Counted from the first letter of the stretch, positions 11,221-21,951 are shown. The stretch is 21,951 bases of DNA from Tubiluchus corallicola (GCA_030141605.1 JAQGDQ010001894.1:1-21951), one strand, 5' to 3'. Notes: generated by a model not told the origin, from the letters alone. Numbers and translations: made by a program.

Positions 11221-13002
11221 CAGTTAGTGAAAACTTTCTTCAATTTATTCCCACAAAACAGATTTTCAATTTGTCTAAGGTAAGCAAATGTATTTCATAT
11301 ATAATATCAAATGAAAATCCATTGTGTGAGGAGTAGGAACCTAGAAAAACCTACCGAAGGAACTAAACTGTGGATGTAATGTGTATGACTGCTAAGCAAT
11401 CTAATGCTTACAATGCTAAATTACGATCTCTAATACTGATGGTAATGATGAAAATGATGGCAGCGATCCTGACATGGCGACAGTCATGCCGACTACGAAG
11501 GCAATTAAATTATGATTATGTGTCTTATCAATGAGCTCTTTAATTTTGTTTTTACACTGTGTTTCGTTACACTGTCCTGAAGGAATTAATGGAGTCGTAC
11601 CATTCATACGTTACCACAGTACAAGTTTGCTCCTTACGATTTCTACTTGATATACCTCTGTACTTCTAGATGTACAAACGATAACAATTATTGCTAACAT
11701 TGTTGTTGTTCTTCTTGTGAGCAATCTGTAGGCTATTGCATTCTGGGATATTGTAGCTCACATGGCCTTGAGGGAAAAGAAACTTCTGGGATAGTAATAA
11801 TTCACACTAGTCATACAGTTCTATGCTCGACGGCAGATATGTGGGGACGAAATCTTAAAGATGATAGTTTTAATTGTGTGTCTAGTAAATATATCGAAAA
11901 GTAACCACGGCTAGGTATTGGCTTCGATTTGACTGAAAATGAAGGCAGCACCAGTGAAAGAAAAGTAGTTGGATTGGTGGCCACGCTTGCCTTTGAAGTT
12001 TCATTGGTGGCGACTACGAAAAATGTGTTGCAACCAATGAGAACTTTAAGCCATTTTGAATTTGGCTGGCGACAAATTGGCCAGTTCTTTTTCGTTGGAG
12101 TTCTTAATGGTGCAGGAATTTACGGTTCGTCCACACATGGGCTTACAATCTCTTCTCTGAACAAGTATTTTCAATATAATCACAAAATCAAAACCTATTC
12201 CACAATTTATCTCTTTAATACTGGGGGGGGGGGACTTCAAGCAAAATTTCCCACTATAATCTAATTTCATTTAAGTATATCAGGGCTTTAAGCTTCACCT
12301 TTGTGGCCGCCTTATCGAGTGTACATACTTGGCTTCATTCTCTGAAAAGCAGGTGAAATCCTTGTGGCTTCCTAGGGCATTGGCTATGATTCTAGGAGAT
12401 CAAACATGAACCAACCTGGCAGCTTTGATTTCTCTGGTGTCTACATCTCCTGCAAGTTTTCTTTATCAAACTGCCAAAGTGGAACAGCTTATAGATCTTT
12501 CTAATGTCACACGGGCAAAATTCCCAGGTTTTCATTTTCAAATCATATAGGCGGAACCACGCTGGGTTGAGCTTTAAAGAGATAACTCAACGCCTCGGGA
12601 AATTACGCAGCTAAACTGTAAAATGCATTCAATTATTGCACATTGTAGTTCGAGAAATTTTGCCTCATTGCCCTTTATCCACGCACGCGTGAACGAATAC
12701 AAATACGAATTTGAATTAATAAACTGCTGGATGCATTATAAACAATTACTAAAAGCTATTATATCCATAACGTTCAGGAAAAGTAATACAAAGGTTTTTG
12801 GACGGAAGTACAGACGAACATACACACCGTGGTTAAAAATTTTGAACGGAAAAGCTCAATACACCTGATTCTTCCTGTGTCCTTACCAAGTTGCTTACAG
12901 AAAACATTTTTTTGACTCTTTTGAAAAGTTTTTATGGTAGTAACCAAAATATTTTTGTCTGTGAAGATGTCAGAAAATATTTCTAAAAAAAAACAAAAAA
13001 AA

Positions 13003-13458
13003 TTGGCAGTATTCCAAAAACTTCTCTTGCAAGCAGTCAAAACGAATTATCTAGCAGCATGCAAAAAGTATTTTGTAGCAGTAAGTGAAATTGATTTTTT
13101 GGCAGTATTCGAAAAACTTCTCTTGCAAGCAGTCAAAACGAATTGTCTGGCAGCATGCCAAAAATATTTTGTAGCAGAAAGTGACATTGATTTTTGGCAG
13201 TATTCGAAAAACTTCTCTTGCAAGCAATCAAAACGAATTATCTGGCAGCATGCCAAAAAGTATTTTGTAGCAGTAAATGACATTGATTTTTTGGCAGCAT
13301 TCCAAAAACTTTTCTTGCAAACAGTAAAAACGAATTATCTGGCAGCATGCCAAAAAGTATTTTGTAGCAGTAAGTGACATTGATTTTTTGGCAGTATTCC
13401 AAAAACTTCTCTTGTAAGCAGTCAAAACGAATTGTCTGGCAGCATGCCAAAAATATTG
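13003..13458. repeat. ~96-bp tandem repeat, ~4.7 copies
   Basis: Unit-start GGCAG at 13005, 13101, 13196, 13293 and 13390. Confidence 0.96.
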
Positions 13459-14051
13459 TACTTCAAAAACCTTTGTCTTTTGTTTCTAAACAAGAAGCTT
13501 TCTAATAGAAACCTCTACTGTACGCTCAAGAAATCTACCTACTGCAGAAACATTCCCAAATTTTTAGTTAGAAAAACCAGGATAGAAGTGAAAACGTTTT
13601 AAGGGAAAAGCTAACGATAAAGCGCGTGCGCATGCGCAACACTTAGTGCGCAGTGCGCACGCGCCATTTATTCTCTATCACATCTTAATACACTGTATTT
13701 TTAAAGTGATGAAATATTTGTTTTTAAAGGAGAAAAAAGTTGCATCTTACTTAAATTAAAAACATTTTTGTGACTGTACTTTATTTTGTGTAGCCATGAA
13801 CATTATATTGCACTGTTAATGTAATAAAATTTTAATTTGAGATCAAGTATCTGTTTAATAAATCATTATTTTCCGGAAGTTATGTAAAAAATAATTATTT
13901 TCCAAGAAAAGAAAATAGGATGTTTCAATAGATGATTGCTCTGCTCGGGAAATGAACTCAGAACCACCAAACTGCAAGTAATCAATACATCAACTCGAAA
14001 TTAGAATTCATGTTAATAGGCATTTCGTTATGCGTCCGTGCAGTTACTGTA

Positions 14052-14353
14052 GGTCAAAGGTTAAGTGTACCACAGCAACACGTCTTGACTACAACCGTCA
14101 TGACATATGTGTAAAGCAAAGCCGTCTGCTGCGTTAGCTCAGTAATTTCAGTTGTTTTACGTGGACTTTACTTAATTGTGCATTAGTCTAGGCGTAGAGA
14201 GATTTACTAACAGGATCTTGCTTAGGAACAGGAAACAATGAACTAGGTAAGGTTCTAGCTAGCCGCTAAAGCTGTTACTATTACAATAGCATGGGCTGCG
14301 AGGCGTTGTTAAGTGTACACAAATGCGTTGCCTGGTACACTTAACCTTTGACC
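14052..14353. mobile_element. MITE-like element bounded by a perfect 21-bp inverted repeat
   Basis: GGTCAAAGGTTAAGTGTACCA (14052-14072) and TGGTACACTTAACCTTTGACC (14333-14353). No TSD seen. Confidence 0.6.
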
Positions 14354-14718
14354 CTTTCGAGATCATTATCCATCGCTGAAACGGTGAAAAGGTTTATTAC
14401 TTGACCACCAGGTGCGTTGCATTGCATGCGTCTCCATTTTCAGATCATCCTGGCGAAGTATGCATATTTCACTACAGATAGTATTTACAAGTTAAACTAA
14501 ACGCATACAATTTTTCTCATTTATATGCCTACAGAAGGCGCTCAAGTGCTTTGAGTGCTACCCAGTTTTGAAACTCCAAACACCCTGGACCTAAATGCAC
14601 ATTTTAGTACTTCAACCTCACCAGGCGAGAGTGTTACATTTACTAGTATTGAGTTTAGCAACTAATGCTATACACAACAGCAAGAAAGCGTATTTATAAA
14701 TACTAACAATGCGTAAGC

Positions 14719-15212
14719 TTACACTGTGGCGCCATCTATAGAGCACAATTAGTCGGGGAAAAGACAGTCAACTTCAATGTTATTTTCGAAGATTATAAAT
14801 CTAAAATAATGCGGGCGCCATTAGAGGTACTTTTCACGCACTCCAAGTTAACCTGTTGCGAGCTTAGTCTGGTGTACACTTACGTGATCGTACACCTATT
14901 TTATTAATCGCCTGCTTGCACAGCCCGCTGCTATTCCAGGAAAAACCAACCGATCAGATAAGGACAAATGAAGGTCGTTTCATTTTTTAACATGAATTTC
15001 TCCTTTGAGGTCAAAGTATATCAGAGTGTTGTGTTTGGTTAGTTGAAATATTCTGCATTAGCCGATTTCGTACAAGTGATACTGTACATTGTTACAGTGC
15101 AAACACTAAGTTATACTGTGGCGCCATCTATAGAGCACAATTAGTAAAGTAAAGTCGACTTCAATGTTATTTTCGAAGATTATAAATCTAAAATAATGTG
15201 GGAGCCATTAGA
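14719..15212. repeat. ~100-bp direct repeats (14719-14825, 15111-15212) flanking dispersed repeat copy B (14861-15108)
   Basis: ACTGTGGCGCCATCTATAGAGCACAATTAGT and ACTTCAATGTTATTTTCGAAGATTATAAATCTAAAATAATG each occur twice. Confidence 0.9.
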
Positions 15213-15526
15213 CAGATTAAGTGCAAGGTAAACTTTACTCGGGGCCTATTAAAAACCCATTACTTTAGCCAGCATCTTCATAGTTTCGTCGTCATGGTAA
15301 CTAAGCCATTGCTACGTCTGCTATTTAAGAAAATTGTCCTTCATTAAAAAAATGCGTTCTTGGTCATGGGAAGCATAAACGTTAATGCCTAGCAAGAATA
15401 ATATATAGTTTTATTCACAAACGTGGCTGAGCATGAGTGATCTACTGCTCCGAGATCGCGTGAGACGATCTTGAGAATGCTTGTACAGTTGATTCGATGC
15501 ATGCAACTTCAGAACCGGACAAGCAA

Positions 15527-15975
15527 CATTAAACCCACATTAAATTCACATTGTAAATCCTCATTAAATCCACGTTGTAAATCCATATATTAAATCCACA
15601 TTAAATCCACATTGTAAGTGCACGTTATAAATCCTGATTAAATCAACATTGCAAATCCTGATTCAATCCACATTGTAAATATACATTGTAAATCCCCAGT
15701 AAATCCACATTATAAATACACAATAAATCCACAATATTGTAAACGCACATTAAATCTGCACTGTAAACCCACATTAAATCCATGTTAAAACTGCATCGTA
15801 AACCCACATTAAATTCACTTTGTAAATCTACGTTGTAAATCCTCATTAAATCCACGTTGTAAAGCTACAATGTAAATCCACGTTAAATCCACATTGTAAA
15901 TGCACATTGCAAATCCTCATTAAGTCCACGTTGCAGGTCCACATTAAATCCACATTGTAAATCCAAATCAAATCC
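15527..15975. repeat. Degenerate 11/13-bp tandem repeat (CACATTAAATC / CACATTGTAAATC)
   Basis: Seen directly. Confidence 0.92.
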
Positions 15976-16581
15976 GCTCTATACCTTAAATCCTGTAATC
16001 TCGAAGTTTCAGAGCATCACCCCCGCCACGAACCCCTAACCTTTTTCAATGAAGAGAAAAACGCAGTGCCATAAACCTTTCAGCAATCGATGAAAAAATA
16101 TCATACTATATTTATTAGGTAACTACAATTACAATTCACATAACACATACACGGATTACATACAAATGTATAAATACATACATATGTAATGCAATAAAAC
16201 ATATACTATGTTAGTTATGACGGAATGATACAAGTTACATTCAATGATTTAAACTGAAGACAAAACATTGAACATTAATGGATAAACAAAATGGTATAAC
16301 AAAAATATACATAAACACAAACGCAAGGTACAAACACACATAGTATGCATATACACATACACATACATCGTTTATGTTAATCAAATACTACGTGTGTTTG
16401 CATATATGTATAGATATAGTTCATTTTTTAAATTTACAATTTCATCCTGTAACTGAAAAAAATTTTAAAACAAAATTATTATCAATTTGAAGAATTTAAG
16501 AATTATACGAGTCTAATAATAATTTTGTTATTTTATTGTAAGCATTTCTAGTACAATTTACGCCAACTAAGCATAAGTTAA

Positions 16582-17208
16582 AGAAAAAACAAGACCAAGT
16601 GTTAAACTGTAGGACAAAACAATCTATTCTTTAAAATACTGAAAGGAAACATGCTATTTTTTTTCAAAAATGACTTACGAGAAAGAATAATTATCACACA
16701 AACACAATTTCACATTTCACATTCCAGCCACACGTTCTTCACTGTTACACGCATTTCGCCATTTGCTGGTTAGTCCACTAGCGTGTGCATTTCAGAAACG
16801 CATCGCACAAAAAAACAGGTGCTGTTCTCCCAGTTCAGATGTGTTAGTTTGCGACGAACTACACACGTTCGACAGCTCATGCGTGAGCATAGTGGTAAAT
16901 TTGAAATTTGAATTTTTGTCTTAAAACTTGCCTAGTTTTTGTGCAATACACTGAATATCTTAAAGTCGCACTGTACTTCAATTTTCGCTTTCACAAACAC
17001 GTGCAACTCGCTCGTAGAATATTTTTGCTGCTGAAAAGTATGTTAGTTTGTGATGTCACCAATAGCTCTGCTTGCCAGCCGTTAATTTAGATTTTAACCT
17101 ATTATTTAATTATCAGAAACACTTTTGCAGTATTAACTGTGTTAAAATGTATACTTTTTATCGGACATGAAAATGAGGACGTGTATGAAAAATCATCCTT
17201 GTCTTCAT
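16582..17208. mobile_element. Diverged Kolobok-like non-autonomous element, relative of 2001-2548
   Basis: TTAA at 16578-16581 and 17209-17212. The first ~130 bp and last ~90 bp align by eye with the ends of 2001-2548. Confidence 0.6.
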
Positions 17209-18110
17209 TTAAACTAAACTAAATCGATATCCTTTAACCAAGATATCACGTTTTAAGATGATGTTTGGCATTTGATGCTCAGCCATACTTCAACAGAGAT
17301 AATCGTTGCATCTATGACCCACGAGTACGTAGAGCAATCACCAGACAGACAGTGACCTTTCAACAATGGACCGACTCGCTCATTCACGACAAGCATTTGC
17401 AACTTTGGGAATTGAAATCCAATTTATCATGATTGAAGCTGAAAACTCAGCCCACTCGATGACGTCAACAGCATGGATGACAGCTGGGCGCCTCAATGCT
17501 AGCATGGGAATCAAGGGAAGAGCTGTGCATTCTGGGAAGGGTTTATTACAATGATAGCACGAAGTGTGAAAAGTACTTAGTAATAAAAGTGCGATGAACG
17601 TTTCGTGTATTTGGGAAAATCACTTTAAAGTCGTTATCATTTCTCATCTTGAAAAGCAGTGCACCTTCAATGCCCATTTTTCCACCAATGACGTCATTCA
17701 TCTTGAAGAAAAGTAGCGCACTGCCAATCTTCATCAAAAGCACAAGCTTTGGCAAAAAAATCAGATAGCTAATTTTGTGATATTTTTGCACGAACGTTAG
17801 GTGAACTGCAGAAGTCTGAATTAGTTTAGGCAGGAGTCTAGACTGGTTTCACGGAAAGGGACGATGTGCTTACGAAAAGTCACGAAGTCCCCAAGTTACG
17901 TCATAATTTTCAAGCGAATGGCAGTTACCAATTTCTATTCACAGGAAATATAAGTTAGCTTCATGCCTTACAATCGCTTTGTTATATTTTTCTAAGTTTA
18001 AGTGGAAGCAGTAAAATAAACCCAGCATACTGAGTAGCTTGTTCTTTTCCTTTAATAACAACCTAGTCAAGACCACAATAAACAAACTGCTTAAATGACA
18101 AGAAGATGGC

Positions 18111-18432
18111 CAAAAAATAGGTGCAGTACCGTGATAAGTATGATCATAAAGTGCGGTGTTCGTCTGTTACGTTAGAGCTCATTTTCGTGACAATACATCA
18201 GCAGCTAATAGCAATTTCGCTTAAGCAAACATGCTTGACACGTAACGAAGATGCCTCCCATTGCACAAACCATGGTTAGTTTGTGACATATGTGATAGCT
18301 GTGTTTGGTTGCCATTTCTAAGCTAATTATTCAAATACTAGAAATAACTGCTAACTTTTATAGGCAACAAAATTTATATTTTGGACAGTAAATTAAAATG
18401 AGATTGAGTCTAAACAATCGTCCAGTTTTCCT
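18111..18432. mobile_element. Left-truncated copy of the Kolobok-like element
   Basis: Colinear with 2211-2548. Ends AATCGTCCAGTTTTCCT followed by TTAA at 18433-18436. Confidence 0.8.
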
Positions 18433-18964
18433 TTAAAGGACAAGAAAATGGAAATAAAAAACTATATCACATCAGTATGATCTTAAGCGAATAAAGCTTT
18501 CGCATTTACTCCAATTTTTATAAAATATTTCAACAGCTGCAGTAAACGTTGGCGCAGACATGTTTCATTTAGTCCGCCAATTAGAAAGCCAGCATGTGAC
18601 TGATCACGTGGCCTGACATCACTCGAACACAGTCGCAGTGAGTTCTGGGCACATGTACAATAAAAAATTGTGTTGTGGTTCAGTGACGCCATCTAATATG
18701 GCGCCGCCGTGACGGTCTCGTGGGAGTGTTTAAAAATTCTTTTAACGTGAGTATGATAAACGCTTTAGATTGCCTCTAACCGTTATAATTCTTTAGCGAA
18801 AGTCTTGACCTCAAAGACGGAAAGAAAACGCGTTACTACGACAAAGTTTACGAGAAGGAAATCTACATTTTCATGCCAGATTTGAACACAAAAATATGAG
18901 TTTGAGAAAATTTGGAAAATAGTTTATGCAGTACAAGGATTTCTATTTAAAATAAAAAACAAAA

Positions 18965-19083
18965 AGCCTACAGCACCTGGTATTCCCAGGCGGTCACCCA
19001 TCCAAGTACTAACCAGGCTCTACGCTGCTTAACTTCGGTGACCAGACGAGAACCGGTGTTTTCAACGTGATATGGCCGTAGAC
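18965..19083 (-). rRNA. 5S rRNA: 5S rRNA gene, copy 1 (array edge)
   Basis: 119 nt GTCTACGGCCATATCACG...AGTTAAGC (box A)...TTGGATGGGTG (box C)...GTAGGCT followed by a T-run. Confidence 0.98.
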
Positions 19084-19105
19084 ATTTAAATTTTGTTTAA
19101 GCGGG

Positions 19106-19111
19106 TTTATA
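19106..19111 (-). promoter_or_regulatory. TATAAA element at -28 to -23 of 5S copy 1
   Basis: Same sequence and offset upstream of copy 3; TATA-like upstream elements are known for metazoan 5S genes. Confidence 0.6.
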
Positions 19112-19593
19112 TGGGAAATTTTTGGTTTAAAATAATGTGATGTGCTAAAGTTAACATACCACGTATCTACACCATATTTGGTAAAATGGTAATTGTCATC
19201 AGCAGATTAAAATCACCAACCGTTTCATTTAAAGAAACAAGCAAAAGTATTGCCATAAACTTTATAATGGGATAAACTTTCGGGTATTTGGAAAACATGA
19301 TGAAGTAAATATTTGATCTTACCTACACAAATGTTTGCACAATTTTGATGACGATAAACGATAATGATGACGATGATTTTGATGATGATAACAGTGATGA
19401 TTTTTGCAGTAAGCAAGCAAATTAATTCTATCTGTAAATCTACATATTTATAAAACTAGTGTCAGTAAACAGAAAAGGAAAGTTTTAAATTATTAACTCA
19501 TTAATACTTGTTAAATTATTAATACTTAAATTTATTCCCTTGGTTATATACAATAAACAGCAAAAACATTAAATTAAAAGATGGAATACAAAA

Positions 19594-19712
19594 AGCCTAC
19601 AGCACCTGGTATTCCCAGGCGGTCACCCATCCAAGTACTAACCAGGCTCTATGCTGCTTAACTTCGGTGATCAGACGAGAACCGGTGTTTTCAACGTGAT
19701 ATGGCCGTAGAC
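19594..19712 (-). rRNA. 5S rRNA: 5S rRNA gene, copy 2 (variant)
   Basis: 119 nt with a T5 terminator; one helix II substitution. Confidence 0.97.
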
Positions 19713-20723
19713 ATTTAAATTTTGGTTAAACGGGTTTACACCGGAAATGTTTGATTTAAAATCATGTGACGTTCTAAAATTAACATAAGCAACGTGACTG
19801 GCTAACTTTCAGGCACGTGACGCCATCACTTCTAGTCAAGTGCTGCTACCAGTTCTGTTACCACGTACTCATATCAGAGTTTATTGAAAAGTGACTGGTT
19901 ACCCGTCTACGTATGAGGGTTATTAATAAGCCCTTTCTTAGTTTCACTATGCGCACGTGCAGTTGCTGTAGGTCAAAGTTTATGTGTACCACAGCAGCGC
20001 GTCTTAATTACAACCCTCATGTGACAAGCCCACATGCTCACTGACGATGCAACAACTTCACAAGAGGAGCAAAGTTTGTTCCTCTTTAATGAGAATCTAC
20101 ATTAGCCTCAGCACACCACAAACACTTTGTAAAAGTTTCTAAAGCATTAGAAATCTAATAATAACATAAGCCCACATGCTCACTGACGATGCAACAACTT
20201 CCCAAAATTATTATAAAATTAAGTCAAGATGCCACGGACAGGACGTGAAATAGGGAAATTAATCTTGATAAAATTCTTTATTTCCTGCTATTATACCACG
20301 TATCTACACCATATTTGGTAAAATGGTAATTGTCATCAGCAGATTAAAATCACCAACCGTTTCATTTAAAGAGACAAGCAAAAGGATTGCCATAAACTTT
20401 ATAATGATATAAACTTTCGGGTATTTGGAAAACATGATGAAGTAAATATTTAATCTTACCTACACAAATTTTTGCACAATTTTGATGACGATAATGATGA
20501 CGATGATTTTGATGATGATAACAGTGATGATTTTCGCAGTAAGCAAGCAAATTAATTCTATGTGTAAATCTACATATTTATAAAACTAGTGTCAGTAAAT
20601 AGAAAAGGAAAGTTTTAAATTATTAACTAATTAATACTTGTTAAATTATTAATACTTAAATTTATTCCCTTGGTTATTTACAATAAACAGCAAAAACACC
20701 AATTTAACAGAAAGAATACAAAA

Positions 20724-20842
20724 AGCCTACAGCACCTGGTATTCCCAGGCGGTCACCCATCCAAGTACTAACCAGGCTCTACGCTGCTTAACTTCGGTGA
20801 TCAGACGAGAACCGGTGTTTTCAGCGTGATATGGCCGTAGAC
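20724..20842 (-). rRNA. 5S rRNA: 5S rRNA gene, copy 3
   Basis: 119 nt, fully paired helix II, T5 terminator. Confidence 0.98.
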
Positions 20843-20864
20843 ATTTAAATTTTGTTTAAACGGG

Positions 20865-20870
20865 TTTATA
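20865..20870 (-). promoter_or_regulatory. TATAAA element at -28 to -23 of 5S copy 3
   Basis: Positionally conserved with copy 1. Confidence 0.6.
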
Positions 20871-21860
20871 TGGGAAATGTTTAATTTAAAATAATGTGAT
20901 GTGCTAAAGTTAACATAAGCAACGTGATTGGCTAACTTTCAGGCACGTGACACCATCACTTCTAGTCAAGTGCTGCTACCAGTTCTGTTACCACGTACTC
21001 ATATCAGAGTTTATTGAAAAGTGACTGGTTACCCGTCTACGTATGAGGGTTATTAATAAGCCCTTTCATAGTTTCACTATGCGCACGCGCAGTTGCTGTA
21101 GGTCAAAGTTTATGTGTACCACAGCAGCGCGTCTTAATTACAGCCCTCACGTGACAAGCCCACATGCTCACTGACGATGCAACAACTTCCCAACTTCCCA
21201 AGAGGAGCAAAGTTTGTTCCTCTTCAATGAAAATCTACATTAGCCTCAACACACCACAAACACTTTGTAAAAGTTTCTAAAGCATTAGAGATGTAATAAT
21301 AACATAAGCCCACATGCTCACTGACGATGCAACAACTTCCCAAAATTATTATAAAATTAAGTCAAGATGCCACGGACAGGACGTGAAATAGGGAAATTAA
21401 TCTTGATAAAATTCTTTATTTCCAGCTATTATACCACGTATCACACCATATTTGGTAAAATGGTAATTGTCATCAGCAGTTTAAAATCACCAACCGTTTC
21501 ATTTAAAGACACAAGCAAAAGTGTTGCCATAAACTTTATAATGGGATAAACTTTCGGGTATTTGGAAAACATGATGAAGTAAATATTTGATCTTACCTAC
21601 ACAAATGTTTGGACAATTTTGATGACGATACACGATAACGATGACGATGATTTTGATGATGATAACAGTGATGATTTTTGCAGTAAGCAAGCAAATTAAT
21701 TCTACGTGTCAATCTACATATTCATAAAACTAGTGTCAGTAAACAGAAAAGCAAAGCAAAATTTTAAATTATTAACTTATTATTATTAATACTCAAATTT
21801 ATTCCCTTGGTTATTTACAATAAACAGCAAAAACATCAATTTAACAGAAGGAATACAAAA

Positions 21861-21951
21861 AGCCTACAGCACCTGGTATTCCCAGGCGGTCACCCATCCA
21901 AGTACTAACCAGGCTCTACGCTGCTTAACTTCGGTGATCAGACGAGAACCG
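21861..21951 (-). rRNA. 5S rRNA: 5S rRNA gene, copy 4 (5' part outside window)
   Basis: Matches the 3' 91 nt of copy 3; cut by the window end. Confidence 0.96.

Larger units (their letters stand above)
18961..21951 (-). repeat. 5S rDNA tandem array; units 629, 1130 and 1137 bp
   Basis: Spacing of the 5S 3' ends at 18965, 19594, 20724 and 21861; spacers are highly similar. Confidence 0.97.

Noticed and set aside
11915-12085. Cluster of CCAAT/ATTGG boxes and the 111-aa ORF at 11929
   Set aside because: No recognisable gene or splice structure follows, and the ORF has no motif I recognise.
12934-13450. Repetitive 147-aa ORF and antisense ORFs
   Set aside because: By-products of the ~96-bp tandem repeat; units of 95 and 97 bp shift the frame.
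17366-17791. Short ORFs as possible transposase remnants, and a ~54-bp local duplication near 17644-17725
   Set aside because: No recognisable domain motif in the frames I read.
19790-20520. Spliced-leader RNA, U snRNA, tRNA or hammerhead (CTGACGA) linked to 5S
   Set aside because: I recognised no U1/U2/U5 or tRNA sequence. An Sm-like AATTTTGG (minus, ~20202-20209) lacks a convincing leader and donor, and CTGACGA has no stem II plus GAAA partner. An Rfam scan would settle it.
19225-21690. Repeated 60-63-aa ORFs in the 5S spacers
   Set aside because: They recur only because the spacer is repeated, and a 7-bp indel changes the frame in unit 2.

Overview
This is animal genomic DNA, not prokaryotic. 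The 5S sequence looks lophotrochozoan-like (low confidence). One real protein-coding gene is present on the + strand: a class A (rhodopsin-family) GPCR. It has a 102-nt TM2 exon (1869-1970) spliced across a 6.6-kb intron to a terminal exon (8537-9398, TM3-TM7, DRY and NPIIY); the TM1 exon is not visible in the window. The right end is the edge of a minus-strand 5S rDNA tandem array (3 full copies plus 1 partial; units of 629, 1130 and 1137 bp). The rest is repeat-rich: microsatellites, 17/76/90/96/170-bp tandem repeats, TTAA-flanked non-autonomous DNA transposons (piggyBac- and Kolobok-like) and decayed LINE fragments. The most notable item lies inside the GPCR intron: a Penelope-like retroelement relic with a decayed GIY-YIG C-terminus between inverted pseudo-LTRs. 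One arm carries a minimal hammerhead ribozyme core in the sense of the GPCR pre-mRNA. Most ORFs in the supplied track are repeat artefacts. All alignments and folds were done by eye.
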